NCBI GenBank assembly: GCA_001822835.1
Contig: MHSS01000013.1
Span: 10,321-74,320 of the forward strand
DNA: 64,000 bases
DNA from: Candidatus Terrybacteria bacterium RIFCSPHIGHO2_01_FULL_48_17
GTDB lineage: Bacteria > Patescibacteriota > Minisyncoccia > Terrybacterales > 2-01-FULL-58-14
Direction: 5' to 3'
Shown here: positions 49,450 to 59,085 of the stretch, piece after piece
Layout: each line of letters opens with the position of its first letter
Position numbering within the stretch: position 1 is the stretch's first letter
Notes under the pieces: generated by a model
The model's input: only the letters and a program-made list of their open reading frames with translations
Told to the model about the DNA's origin: nothing
Databases searched by the model: none
Program-made: the position numbers and the translations under genes

Positions 49450-50022
49450 TTATAATGGCGCAAGATCTATAAGGGTTATCTTTCCATCGTTGTTTATATT
49501 TCGGAAATTGATTTCTGTGACGCGTCCGCTTTTTTGCTGCGCGAAATCAGCAAACATATCCGCAAGAAATTGTTCCGCTTCTTCCCAGCTCACAAGAGCA
49601 TGTCCTCCTCCCTCTTTATTTTTTTCTAAGTGCACTGCTCCAAAAACAAAGTGCTTGTAGGGGAAGAGTCGGACATGGAAACGACTATTTTGGATATCAG
49701 GATATGCAAATTGGGCGGAAGTTTTTACGCGCTCGTTGGCGATATAGAGAAATTGAGGCGTTCCTGAAGTCCGCGTCCAGCCGTTTTCTTGTAGGCGCGT
49801 TCCAATTTTCCCGACGGTTGCGTGAACAAAAACTATATTGACCGGATCGGTGATACGCTCTTTAGGGAAGGGTAGAGACTCTTCGCGCCATACTGTGTAT
49901 GGAGAGAAGAGAATATCGCTTTCCTCTATGTTGAGCATAACGCGTTGTTGCGACGGAAGAGGAAACTGGAACGCAACCAGTAGTATAGCAATTGTCAAAA
50001 AACCAATAGCGGTTCGTATCAC
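49450..50022 (-). CDS. Hypothetical secreted protein
   Basis: N-terminal signal/anchor IGFLTIAILLVAF. 190 aa. No recognised motif. Confidence 0.45.
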   Translation of the reverse strand: MIRTAIGFLTIAILLVAFQFPLPSQQRVMLNIEESDILFSPYTVWREESLPFPKERITDPVNIVFVHATVGKIGTRLQENGWTRTSGTPQFLYIANERVKTSAQFAYPDIQNSRFHVRLFPYKHFVFGAVHLEKNKEGGGHALVSWEEAEQFLADMFADFAQQKSGRVTEINFRNINNDGKITLIDLAPL

Positions 50023-50163
50023 GCCATTTCTCCTGCTTGAATTTTAATTATTATACCACTCTAATTTTTGTATGTCAATTTTGTTGAACGTACGACCAAG
50101 GATTTATTTTCTTGCGAGCTTAGCACGGAACGGATACGCTACATATAGATAGCTTTATATCAA

Positions 50164-51399
50164 ATGGCATCACGCCCTTTAATATCAAATGCATTATTTG
50201 GGCGCGCACAACAAGAAGCGCGTAATACCATTCATGCCTGCGTGCACCGTTTGGGCTTTAAAGCATCGGCACACGCTGTTTTGGGGTACCCGCACGTATG
50301 GGCGCGCGACAGCATGATAACCTCTCTTGGTGCGCTGGCCTCTCAAGACCCTGTTCTTATTTCTTCTGTTGAGGCGAGTTTGGAAACGTTAGCAAAACAT
50401 CAAACCGCATTGGGCGCTATTCCTACCAACGTAGATACGCGATCCCAAAAACCGGAACCCCACAACCAAACACAGGTTGATTCTTCGCCATGGTATATCA
50501 TTGGGCTTGAAGCGTTCGTGCGTTCGCAGAAACCAGGGTTGTTATTTATACGTAGGCGCTTTTCGCACGTAGAGGGAGCATTGGGATGGCTCTTTTTCCA
50601 AGATCAAAATAACGATGGGCTTTTGGAAATACAGGAAGCATGGGATTGGGAAGACCTTTTTGCGGTGCGCGGCACAGGTCTTTACATCAATGTATTGTGG
50701 CACGAGGCGCTAAAAAAAGGCGCAGCGCTTGCCAGTAAGGTGGGCAAAGAGACGTTAGCGCGAGCGTGGCGCAGGGAAGCCGTGTTCGTAAAGGAGCGCA
50801 TCAATGCTCGTTTGTGGGATGCGTTTCCGCCGGCGGAATCCCCCAAAAAGGGGGAATGGAGTTTTGCGCGTATGCGTAAGGGACGGCGCGGTCCATTTTA
50901 TTTTCCTTACTATACGTTTTGGCGGTTTGGCCGCTGGTGTGATGCGCTTGGAAATCTGTTGGCGATTCTTTGTGGGGTCGCGAGCGCTTCGCAAACGCGG
51001 ATCATTCTTGATTATATGGCGCGAGCGGGGATTGCGCATCCGTATCCTACAAAAGCGATTACTCCTTCTATTACGCCACACAATAGCGACTGGCGAAACT
51101 ACTATCGGAAATATCGCTTGAATTTGCCAAACCAATATCATAACGGCGGCATTTGGCCTTTTATTGGAGGACTCCATGTGGCGGCATTAGTGAAAGCAGG
51201 AAGGCAGAAAAAGGCGGAAGCGTTATTGGTTAAGTTGATGCAGGCGAATCAGAAAGGGAAGAAAAGCAAATGGGAGTTTAACGAATGGCTGCACGGAAAG
51301 ACAGGTAGGCCCTTGGGTATGGCAAAGCAGGCATGGAGCGCAGGCATGTTTTTATATGCGCTTGAAGCGGTAAGGCGGAAAAACAATTTATTCTTTTAG
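50164..51399 (+). CDS. Six-hairpin (alpha/alpha)6 glycoside hydrolase, GH100/GH63-like (neutral invertase / amylo-alpha-1,6-glucosidase family)
   Basis: GYPHVWARDSMIT and ..NDGLLEIQEAWDWED.. patterns resemble the neutral invertase/GDB1 C-domain. Family assignment is approximate. Confidence 0.55.
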   Translation: MASRPLISNALFGRAQQEARNTIHACVHRLGFKASAHAVLGYPHVWARDSMITSLGALASQDPVLISSVEASLETLAKHQTALGAIPTNVDTRSQKPEPHNQTQVDSSPWYIIGLEAFVRSQKPGLLFIRRRFSHVEGALGWLFFQDQNNDGLLEIQEAWDWEDLFAVRGTGLYINVLWHEALKKGAALASKVGKETLARAWRREAVFVKERINARLWDAFPPAESPKKGEWSFARMRKGRRGPFYFPYYTFWRFGRWCDALGNLLAILCGVASASQTRIILDYMARAGIAHPYPTKAITPSITPHNSDWRNYYRKYRLNLPNQYHNGGIWPFIGGLHVAALVKAGRQKKAEALLVKLMQANQKGKKSKWEFNEWLHGKTGRPLGMAKQAWSAGMFLYALEAVRRKNNLFF

Positions 51400-51500
51400 G
51401 AGACGAAAAGATAGTCGGCATCTCCCGCGCGAGTGTCTTTAAAGCACGGCTTGTGGTATAATAAAGCAAAGGGCGATTTCACATAGCTTTTTCTATTTTT

Positions 51501-52259
51501 ATGTTTTTATCAATCTTTTTTGTTCCAGTTGTCATTTTTCTCTTTTTCCTTTTCGCAGGCATCCGTATTGTCAACCAGTACGAGCGCGGTGTGGTGCTAA
51601 CGTTTGGGCGCTATAGTACTACCCTTGGGCCGGGGCTCAAATGGATTTTTCCCATTGTGCAGTCGATGCTTCGGGTAGATATTCGTGTGGCCACCGTAGA
51701 TATTCCGCAGCAGGAGGTAATTACAAGAGATAACGTTCCCGTGGGCATTAATGCCGTTGTTTATTTCCAAGTGGAGAGGGCAGAAGACGCCGTATTGAAA
51801 GTGCAAAACTATGTTTTTGCAATAGCTCAATACGCGCAGGGAGTGTTGCGCGATGTCATAGGCAATGTGGAACTTGACACGTTGCTCACCGAGCGCGAAA
51901 AGATCGCAGAAGAAATCAAAAAAATCGTGGATGAGGCAACAGCTGCATGGGGTGTGAATGTAACATATATCAAGATTCAAGATATTGAGTTGCCTGCAGA
52001 TATGAAGCGCGCCATGGCAAAGCAGGCGGAATCGGAACGCGAGCGTCGTGGTGTTATCATCAAGGCGGAAGGAGAGCTTGGTGCTGCGGAAAACTTAAAA
52101 AAAGCAGCCGCACTTTTATCAGAAACCTCCGGCGGTTTGACTCTGCGGACGCTTGAGACGATTGAGAAGATAAACCCCGACCCCTCAAAGACCGTAGTAT
52201 TCCTCTTGCCCGTAGAGATCATGGAGGGAATCAAAAATCTATTTGGGAAAAAGGAGTAA
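51501..52259 (+). CDS. SPFH/band 7 (stomatin/prohibitin-like) membrane protein
   Basis: N-terminal TM, then IRIVNQYERGVVLTFGRY...RVDIRVATVDIPQQEVITRDNVPVGINAVVYFQV (band-7 core). Confidence 0.85.
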   Translation: MFLSIFFVPVVIFLFFLFAGIRIVNQYERGVVLTFGRYSTTLGPGLKWIFPIVQSMLRVDIRVATVDIPQQEVITRDNVPVGINAVVYFQVERAEDAVLKVQNYVFAIAQYAQGVLRDVIGNVELDTLLTEREKIAEEIKKIVDEATAAWGVNVTYIKIQDIELPADMKRAMAKQAESERERRGVIIKAEGELGAAENLKKAAALLSETSGGLTLRTLETIEKINPDPSKTVVFLLPVEIMEGIKNLFGKKE

Positions 52260-52292
52260 CGCTTTTGTTGTTGGAAAATCAAAGCTAAACAA

Positions 52293-52314
52293 CCGGCGTA
52301 TGCCGGCTGTTTTA
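52293..52314. terminator. Rho-independent terminator (between convergent genes)
   Basis: CCGGCgtatGCCGG ctgtttt. Confidence 0.5.
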
Positions 52315-52352
52315 CTTTCATCGTCCTCGATTCATATGCTGACTATTGGCGG

Positions 52353-52751
52353 TTATGGCGATGTATTCAATTTTTTGGGAAATGCTAAGGCCATTCCGAT
52401 TAGGGACAATGCGCTCAAAAGCCACATGATCTTAATTTCCCCTCCAAGAAAAAAGAATACCAATCCAAGGATCGCAATGGCTTCTGCCAACGCAAGAGAT
52501 ATCACAAAGAGAGCTTGTTGTTTTTGCGGTGTTATTGGAAGAGCAGATTCGCGTAGCGGTGCCGAAAGTCGATAAATGACAACAAGATCGCCAAAGGCAA
52601 GAAAGAGCATACCATAGAAGAAAATACGAGGTACCGCAAAATCGATTTCAAAAACGGTTCCTGAGGCATGAATCGCAAATGCAATAAGATTGTATATAAC
52701 GATGGCACCGACAAAGGCAAACCAGAGAACTTTTTGGGTTTTTTGCGGCAT
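52353..52751 (-). CDS. Hypothetical membrane protein (four TM)
   Basis: 132-aa hydrophobic ORF. No motif. Confidence 0.45.
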   Translation of the reverse strand: MPQKTQKVLWFAFVGAIVIYNLIAFAIHASGTVFEIDFAVPRIFFYGMLFLAFGDLVVIYRLSAPLRESALPITPQKQQALFVISLALAEAIAILGLVFFFLGGEIKIMWLLSALSLIGMALAFPKKLNTSP

Positions 52752-52759
52752 ATGTTTGT

Positions 52760-53583
52760 TTACTTTATTTGTTTTAAAAATTCATCGGCGAGCTGCCCGG
52801 TTTCGCTTGAATGCTGGAAGAACGATTTCCATACCACGACGATATCAATGTCGTTAAATACGGCCCGCTGAACCTCGCGGATGGTGTCGCCTCCTGCCAT
52901 GGCAAGTAAGATCCCGTAATTTCCTTTGATGCGGTGGATTTCGTGGTGCGGGAGCCGCTTTTCGCGGTTGAACGTTTCTTCGTCTACCCCTCGGTGCAAT
53001 ACCACAACATCGGGGGGCTTTTTTAATGCGCGAAGGACAGAGAGGGGGAATTCAATATTCATCGTATCAATCATAGAATCGAGGCCGCGCGCTTCACATT
53101 GTTGGATAAAGGCATTAAGTGTTTCTGTCGGAGCTGCGGCAGAGGCAATTGCTCCGGATGCTCCTGCGTCTGCCGCAATGTCAACTTCGGTGGCGCCCCG
53201 GTCAAATGTTTTTAAATCCGCAACCACATAGGGAATTGTGGGGGTTGGCGTGATGGGCTCGCCCGTATGCGACGTTGCAACGCGTGAGGTGCGTATCCCC
53301 TTACCCATTCCTGCCAATAAGCGCATAGCCATTTCTCCTAGAGGAGAAAGCTGGGGTCTTGTGTCTGCAAACGCGGGGACGAACGATCCCCCCTGCAGAT
53401 GTGTCGTCCACCACCAGACAATCGTGCGAATCCCTTGTATGCCATATCGTTTAATAAGGGGTGTACCTGCTTCGATAATAATTCGGTCGTTCCTTGGAAG
53501 CACTGCAATAATTTCCCTAGCTTCCTCAAGCGTTGAGTTAAGCGCAATTTGCAAATACCGCTGTTTTCGTGAGAGCTTTGGCA
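52760..53583 (-). CDS. 3-hexulose-6-phosphate synthase-like (OMP decarboxylase fold; RuMP pathway)
   Basis: YLQIALNSTLEEAREIIAVLPRNDRIIIEAGTPLIKRYG matches the HPS N-terminal signature (LQVALD...IEVGTPLI). The long N-terminal extension in the ORF track (to 53827) was discarded as Cys-rich junk. Confidence 0.65.
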
Positions 53584-53611
53584 TTATTTTTATTGTACCA
53601 TAGATACATCT

Positions 53612-54055
53612 ATGAAGATTAAGGGGGCAGATATTACGAAAATGAAAGTTGATGCGATTATAAACGCCGCAGATACATATTTGCAGCATGGCGGGGGAGT
53701 GGCTGCTGCAATCGTAAATGCAGGCGGACCCAGAATACAGGAGGAAAGCAATCGGGTTGGATTTTGTCCTATCGGTGGGGCATGCGTTACGGGGGCAGGG
53801 ACACTCCATGCAAGACATGTTATCCATGTTCCTACGATTGATTGGGAAAGCGGGCAGCGCGCTGACGCAGAAGATATTTTTGCCGGCGCAAAAGCTGCGC
53901 TTAAGATGGCGCAGTCGTTGGGGTTAAAAAGCGTTGCTTTTCCGCTTTTGGGAGCCGGCGTTGTAGGCATTCCCGAAGAAATCGCCGAAGAACAAATTGC
54001 TAAAGCCGCAGACCTTTTCCCTGACATGCAAATAACGCTTTGCGTAAGGGAATAA
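53612..54055 (+). CDS. Macro domain protein (ADP-ribose / O-acetyl-ADP-ribose binding)
   Basis: VDAIINAADTYLQHGGGVAAAIVNAGG (macro-domain nucleotide-binding loop). 147 aa. Confidence 0.8.
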   Translation: MKIKGADITKMKVDAIINAADTYLQHGGGVAAAIVNAGGPRIQEESNRVGFCPIGGACVTGAGTLHARHVIHVPTIDWESGQRADAEDIFAGAKAALKMAQSLGLKSVAFPLLGAGVVGIPEEIAEEQIAKAADLFPDMQITLCVRE

Positions 54056-54077
54056 CTACAAGGTATGATAGTAACAT

Positions 54078-55439
54078 ATGGAAGAATTTGACGTTATTGT
54101 GATCGGCGCAGGATCGGGTTTGCAGGTTTCTGCTGCAGCCAGCCGCAAGGGCATGAAAGTTGCTGTGGTTGAAGAGGGACCCATGGGTGGAACCTGCCTT
54201 AACCGCGGCTGCATTCCTTCAAAAATGTTGATTCACGCTGCGGAGATTGCACAGACCGTACAAAACGCGGCAAAATTTGGTATTGATGCTGAATTGAAAG
54301 GTATTCGTTTTGCAGAGATTACGAAAAGAGTGGCTGCAACAGTTGACGAAGAGGCAACAGATATTGAAGAAGCCAACAAGAAAAATCCAAATATTACCTT
54401 GTTTAAGGCACGCGGGAAGTTTGTCGGTGAAAAAACGCTTGAGATTGAGGGGAAGCAAATCAAAGGGGAAACCATTGTGATTGCAGCCGGAACCCGTCCG
54501 GTGGCGCCCCCGATTCCCGGGCTTGATCACGTAGAATATCTTACCAGCGACAACGGCCTTCGGCTTGAAAAACTGCCAAAAAGCATGGTGATGGTAGGCG
54601 GCGGCTATATTGCTTCCGAGCTTGCACACTTTTTCGGGTCGTTGGGAACGGAAATGACTATTATTGAAATGGCACCGAAGCTGTTAGGCAGATCAGACAG
54701 CGATATCGCCAATACCTTTACCGAAGCATTTTCACAACGCTTTAACGTGTTGCTTGAACACAAGGTTATTAAAGTTGCAAAAGGCGGCGAGGGCGTCATA
54801 GTGACGGTGCAGGACAAGGACGGGAAGGAGAAAACCGTTTCGGGCGAGACGCTCTTTTTGGCAGTAGGCCGCAGGCCCAACACCGATGTTTTGGATTTGG
54901 AAAAAACTGGAGTTGAACTAACAGACAAGGGGTATGTAAAAACAAACGAATATCTTGAAACGAACATGCCCGGCATTTGGGCATTGGGCGACATTGCCGG
55001 CAAATGGTTTTTCAAACACTCGGCAAACCTTGAGGCAGAGTATGTGTGGCGCAATGCGTTATTGGGAGAAAAAGCGCCAGTTGATTATTCTGCCATACCC
55101 CATTCGGTCTTTACCGACCCTCAAATTGCGGGAGTCGGCGCGACAGAAGACGAATTGAAAACTGCCGGAACGCCGTATAAAAAAGGAGTGTATAAGTACC
55201 GCCATACCGGCATGGGGCAGGCAATGATGGAGCTTCACGGCTTCGTGAAAGCGCTGGCAGACGGGAAAGGAGAAAAAATCCTCGGCTGCCAAATTTTAGG
55301 GCCCGATGCATCAACGCTTATTCATGAGGTAGCCGTTGCAATGAAAAATGGGTTAACCGTACAGCAACTTGCCAAAACCGTGCATGCGCACCCCGCGCTT
55401 TCAGAGGTAGTGCAGCGTGCGTTTTTAGCGATTCGATAA
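54078..55439 (+). CDS. lpdA: Dihydrolipoyl dehydrogenase family pyridine nucleotide-disulfide oxidoreductase
   Basis: GAGSGL FAD motif, redox-active GGTCLNRGCIPSK, NAD motif VGGGYIASELA, C-terminal dimerisation domain with HAHP. Confidence 0.85.
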   Translation: MEEFDVIVIGAGSGLQVSAAASRKGMKVAVVEEGPMGGTCLNRGCIPSKMLIHAAEIAQTVQNAAKFGIDAELKGIRFAEITKRVAATVDEEATDIEEANKKNPNITLFKARGKFVGEKTLEIEGKQIKGETIVIAAGTRPVAPPIPGLDHVEYLTSDNGLRLEKLPKSMVMVGGGYIASELAHFFGSLGTEMTIIEMAPKLLGRSDSDIANTFTEAFSQRFNVLLEHKVIKVAKGGEGVIVTVQDKDGKEKTVSGETLFLAVGRRPNTDVLDLEKTGVELTDKGYVKTNEYLETNMPGIWALGDIAGKWFFKHSANLEAEYVWRNALLGEKAPVDYSAIPHSVFTDPQIAGVGATEDELKTAGTPYKKGVYKYRHTGMGQAMMELHGFVKALADGKGEKILGCQILGPDASTLIHEVAVAMKNGLTVQQLAKTVHAHPALSEVVQRAFLAIR

Positions 55440-55480
55440 AAAGAATTCCCGTTGAGCGTGGGAATAATATATAAGTTTAC

Positions 55481-55506
55481 AACCCGTTTTTGAGCGGGTT
55501 TTCTTG
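55481..55506 (+). terminator. Rho-independent terminator
   Basis: AACCCGtttttgaGCGGGTT ttcttg. Confidence 0.6.
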
Positions 55507-55568
55507 ACAAAGAAGGGGACGTTGGCGCATTATGGGAAGACGATATTTTACAAACAAAAAAGGAGCAT

Positions 55569-56270
55569 TTGATGGAAAAGGAAGATCAGAAGGATCCGCG
55601 AGTGATACTTGCAGGTCTTATTGTCATCGTTTGGGTGTTGGGACTTATCGGATTTTTTATCTGGGCGTGGGCCTTTAACGGCGCTTCCCATTTTATCCCT
55701 CATGTGATTGGGGTTGCTTTTGCAGGAAGCTCCGTTGCCTCCGAAAGATTTACGCTGGAAGCAGTTAAAGAATCGTTGCTAAGCTTTTTGGGTGCAGAAA
55801 TGTTAGTCGGTTTTCTTATGGCCGCAGCGATTCTTGTGCTCACGAGACGCCCCACCACGCTTCATCCGACATTGCATCGTCCCTCGGTTTCTGTTTCTTT
55901 GTTGGGCTTTAGCTTTAATCTACTTGGAGCTGCCCTTCGCGAGGAAGTAGTATTTCGTTGGTTGCCCTTGGTAGCCATCGCGGCCATTTTGCCCGATACT
56001 GTCTCTGTTACGACCAGTTTAATTCTTGGTTCCTCTGTAATTTTCGCATTGGAGCATTTGAGGAATTTCGATCCGGAAGATCGGCACTGGATTATGGTGG
56101 TGTCTCATTTTGTAAGCGGCCTTTTCTTCGTATACGCATTTTTACGATGGGGATTTGCAGGAGCTGTTTTTGTGCATTACTTCCATAACTTTTTTGTGAT
56201 GATAGGGCCGGTAGCAGCATTTAGAGCATATCCCAAGGCACTATCTTTCCTTGAATTGCGGAAACCATAA
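55569..56270 (+). CDS. CPBP family intramembrane metalloprotease (CAAX protease/Abi-like)
   Basis: EEVVFRWLPL (EExxxR), FALEHL (FxxxH), HYFHNF (HxxxN/D) in successive TM helices. Confidence 0.75.
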   Translation: MMEKEDQKDPRVILAGLIVIVWVLGLIGFFIWAWAFNGASHFIPHVIGVAFAGSSVASERFTLEAVKESLLSFLGAEMLVGFLMAAAILVLTRRPTTLHPTLHRPSVSVSLLGFSFNLLGAALREEVVFRWLPLVAIAAILPDTVSVTTSLILGSSVIFALEHLRNFDPEDRHWIMVVSHFVSGLFFVYAFLRWGFAGAVFVHYFHNFFVMIGPVAAFRAYPKALSFLELRKP

Positions 56271-56276
56271 AAAGAA

Positions 56277-56301
56277 CCCGCCACACGGCGGGATTTTTAT
56301 T
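56277..56301 (+). terminator. Rho-independent terminator
   Basis: CCCGCCacacGGCGGG atttttatt. Confidence 0.55.
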
Positions 56302-56420
56302 ATGTGATAATATGTTCACGAGATTAAGCAGGTCATGCTCTTTTTTAATATGCTATATCCTATTTTTCATATTCTTATTGGCTTGTCTAGCTCCTAATGC
56401 GTTTGTTATAGTACGAGCAT

Positions 56421-56876
56421 ATGAAAAAACCATTCTCCTTTATTTTTCGAGCTCTTGATCGCTTAGCCCCGCCGCAGCGTGCCTATGCGCATTGCGATGT
56501 GCCCTGCGGCATTTATACGCCGGAGCCCGCACAAACCGCGGCCGATACCGTTGCCAAGATGGTTGAAAAGATACAGGCGCTTCCGAAAGAGAACCCGCCG
56601 ACAGAGGACACGCGAAATTCTTTCGTGCGCATGGTTGTGACAAAAGAAGAACATGCGGAAAAATGCAAGCGGGAATTGTTAATTCTGTGGACCGATTTTT
56701 TCAAACAGGAACATCTTGCCATGTTCCCCGATTTGCACCAAACGTTTTGGAAAGCAGCAAAGCTTTGCTCAAAAAACAAACAATCAGTAGATGCTGAGGC
56801 AGCAAAGCAATTGCAAGAAGCGGTTGCGCATATTGCCGAGATATTTGCAAAGGCGAAAGCAGCAGTAAGCAAATAA
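56421..56876 (+). CDS. sodN: Nickel superoxide dismutase precursor (NiSOD)
   Basis: Leader MKKPFSFIFRALDRLAPPQRAYA followed by HCDVPCGIYTPEPAQ (the His-Cys-x-x-Pro-Cys-Gly-x-Tyr Ni-hook) and ILWTDFFKQEHLAMFPDLHQ four-helix core. Confidence 0.85.
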   Translation: MKKPFSFIFRALDRLAPPQRAYAHCDVPCGIYTPEPAQTAADTVAKMVEKIQALPKENPPTEDTRNSFVRMVVTKEEHAEKCKRELLILWTDFFKQEHLAMFPDLHQTFWKAAKLCSKNKQSVDAEAAKQLQEAVAHIAEIFAKAKAAVSK

Positions 56877-56877
56877 C

Positions 56878-56990
56878 CAAGGAACAAGATACAAGATAAC
56901 AAACAAGATACAAATACCAAGACACAAACACCGCGCGAGTTTGGTTATTGATTATTGGAGCTTGTTTGGTTATTGTTTCTTGTATCTTAT
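56878..56990. repeat. Intergenic repeat family B, second copy (between sodN and sodX)
   Basis: aacaagatacaagataacaaacaagatacaaa...cacaaaca...tttggttattg...tttgtttggttattgtttcttgtatctt. Confidence 0.5.
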
Positions 56991-57270
56991 GAATATGTTT
57001 CGCCGTTTCATTATTGAAGGCATGAGCATGTTTCCGGCTTTTCGGCCTGGCGATCGAGTTGTAGCTTTGCGCAAGGCCGCATATCAGGCCGGGGACGCTG
57101 TGGTGGTTAAAGATCCCCGCGATGGGAGGATGTTGTTAAAACGCGTGCGCGCACACCGGGAAAATTCCTATTTTTTGGTGGGGGATAACCATGAGCAAAG
57201 CACTGATAGCCGTATGTTTGGCAGTGTTTCAAAAAACGCTATTTTAGGAAAGATTGTCGTAAGATATTAG
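56989..57270 (+). CDS. sodX: NiSOD maturation peptidase (signal peptidase I/S26-like)
   Basis: IIEGMSMFPAFRPGDRVV (catalytic Ser in a GxSMxP-type box), VVKDPRDG, LVGDNHEQSTDSRMFG (SPase box E-like). Start at ATG 56989 because upstream codons are repeat sequence. Confidence 0.7.
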   Translation: MNMFRRFIIEGMSMFPAFRPGDRVVALRKAAYQAGDAVVVKDPRDGRMLLKRVRAHRENSYFLVGDNHEQSTDSRMFGSVSKNAILGKIVVRY

Positions 57271-57411
57271 AGGTATTATTCGCAATGGTTTTGTAGCATA
57301 ATACCCGTAAAGCGTGTGGCTTGCGATAACGAGTGCCGTTCCTTTAGGGACGGAATTTTCTTTTAAGGCCATTCGTGTAAAGGTGAAAAAAATGGTACAA
57401 TAAAAGAAAGA

Positions 57412-59085
57412 ATGCCTGTTCCAATAGATCAGCTGAAAAAAGTATTGCAGTCAGGAAAATTCATTTCCGACGCTGATTTAACGCGGGCAGAAGGCCTTAC
57501 CAAGACCCGCAAAAAACCTTTTGAGCAGATCTTGGTTGAGGAAAATCTTATTGCCGATGAGCATCTTGGAAAGTTGGTTGCCGACATTCTTGGCGTCCCT
57601 TTTGTGAATTTAAGGGAAGTGGAAATTGATCCCGGAGTGCTGCGAATCGTTCCCGAAGTTGTTGCGCGTTCACAAAATGCTATTGCCTTTGAGCGTACTA
57701 AAGACGGCCTCAAAATCGCCATGGCCGATCCAAAACAGCTTGAATTTATCAGCAATCTTGAAAAGAAAGTCGGTGAGAACACAGGGGTGTATTATGCAAC
57801 ATTGCATGATATCCATGCGGCCTTTGGCCGCTATAAAAAAGAAGTAGGCGAGGCCTTTCAGGAAATTCTGGAACGCGAGCGGGCCAGTCGCACAAAAGCC
57901 ACAGAAGACAAAGAGGCGGTAGGAGTCAAAATTGTTGATTCACTCCTCGCTTATGGGTATGAAAATCGTGCCTCTGATATCCATCTTGAGCCGCAGGACG
58001 AGCGGGTGATAGTTCGATTTCGTATCGACGGAGTGTTACATGATGTTACGGAACTTCCCAAAGATTTACATGAACTTGTGGTCGCGCGCATTAAAGTGAT
58101 GAGTCGGCTACGTACGGATGAGCATCGTTTGCCGCAAGACGGAAAACTTTCCTTCAGTCAGGAAGGGGATCGTGTGGATGTGCGCGTGTCGATCGTGCCT
58201 ATTGTTGAGGGTGAAAAAGTAGTATTGCGCCTATTGGCTGAGGGGGCACGGCAATTTTCGCTTGAGAATCTTGGATTTTCTGAAAAAAATCTTGAGCTTG
58301 TGCGAGCGGCAGCCCAAAAGCCACACGGGATGATTTTAGTCACCGGCCCTACCGGTTCGGGCAAAACGACAACGCTGTACGCGGTGCTTAAAATGTTGAA
58401 CCGTCGGGAAGTAAATATCGCAACCATCGAAGATCCCGTTGAATATGATATTGAGGGTGTTAATCAGATACAGGCCAATCCCGCAATCGGTATTACCTTC
58501 GCAAACGGTTTGCGCTCAATTGTTCGGCAGGACCCCGATATCATTATGGTGGGAGAGATTCGGGATCAAGAAACGGCAGACATTGCAATAAACGCTGCGT
58601 TGACGGGCCACTTGGTACTTTCGACCTTTCATACTAATGACGCAGCCACTGCCTTACCGCGTCTTTTGGAAATGGAAATTGAGCCATATCTTGTTGCCTC
58701 TACCGTTATTGTGGTCGTTGCGCAACGATTGATACGAAGGATTTGTAACCGTTGCGTGGAGAGCCATATGATATCTCCCGAAGAGCTTGAGAAGATAGTG
58801 CCGCAAGAAGCCCGTTCTGTTTCGTTACAACAACCTCTCCGTTTTTTTAGCGGTAAGGGGTGTAATGCGTGCGGGGGGACTGGTTTTATTGGTCGAGTTG
58901 GGATTTTTGAGGTTTTGACGATGACCGATGCAATTCGAGATTTGGTATTGAGGCGAGCACCGAGCGGCGAAATTGAGCAAGAAGCCAAGAAAGAGGGAAT
59001 GATAACCATGTTCGAAGATGGATTTGCAAAAGCACAGGCGGGCATCACCACGATAGACGAAATCCTTCGTGTGACCCGTGCCTAA
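57412..59085 (+). CDS. pilB: Type IV pilus assembly ATPase PilB (GspE family)
   Basis: N-terminal GSPII domain. Walker A LVTGPTGSGKTTTLYA. Asp/His boxes. Tetracysteine CNRC...CNACGGTGF. Confidence 0.9.
   Translation: MPVPIDQLKKVLQSGKFISDADLTRAEGLTKTRKKPFEQILVEENLIADEHLGKLVADILGVPFVNLREVEIDPGVLRIVPEVVARSQNAIAFERTKDGLKIAMADPKQLEFISNLEKKVGENTGVYYATLHDIHAAFGRYKKEVGEAFQEILERERASRTKATEDKEAVGVKIVDSLLAYGYENRASDIHLEPQDERVIVRFRIDGVLHDVTELPKDLHELVVARIKVMSRLRTDEHRLPQDGKLSFSQEGDRVDVRVSIVPIVEGEKVVLRLLAEGARQFSLENLGFSEKNLELVRAAAQKPHGMILVTGPTGSGKTTTLYAVLKMLNRREVNIATIEDPVEYDIEGVNQIQANPAIGITFANGLRSIVRQDPDIIMVGEIRDQETADIAINAALTGHLVLSTFHTNDAATALPRLLEMEIEPYLVASTVIVVVAQRLIRRICNRCVESHMISPEELEKIVPQEARSVSLQQPLRFFSGKGCNACGGTGFIGRVGIFEVLTMTDAIRDLVLRRAPSGEIEQEAKKEGMITMFEDGFAKAQAGITTIDEILRVTRA

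Noticed and set aside
53584-53827. 81-codon N-terminal extension of the HPS-like gene
   Set aside because: Cys-rich and unrelated to the OMP-decarboxylase fold. Overlaps the divergent macro-domain gene promoter region. The internal Met precedes the conserved LQIAL motif at the right distance.
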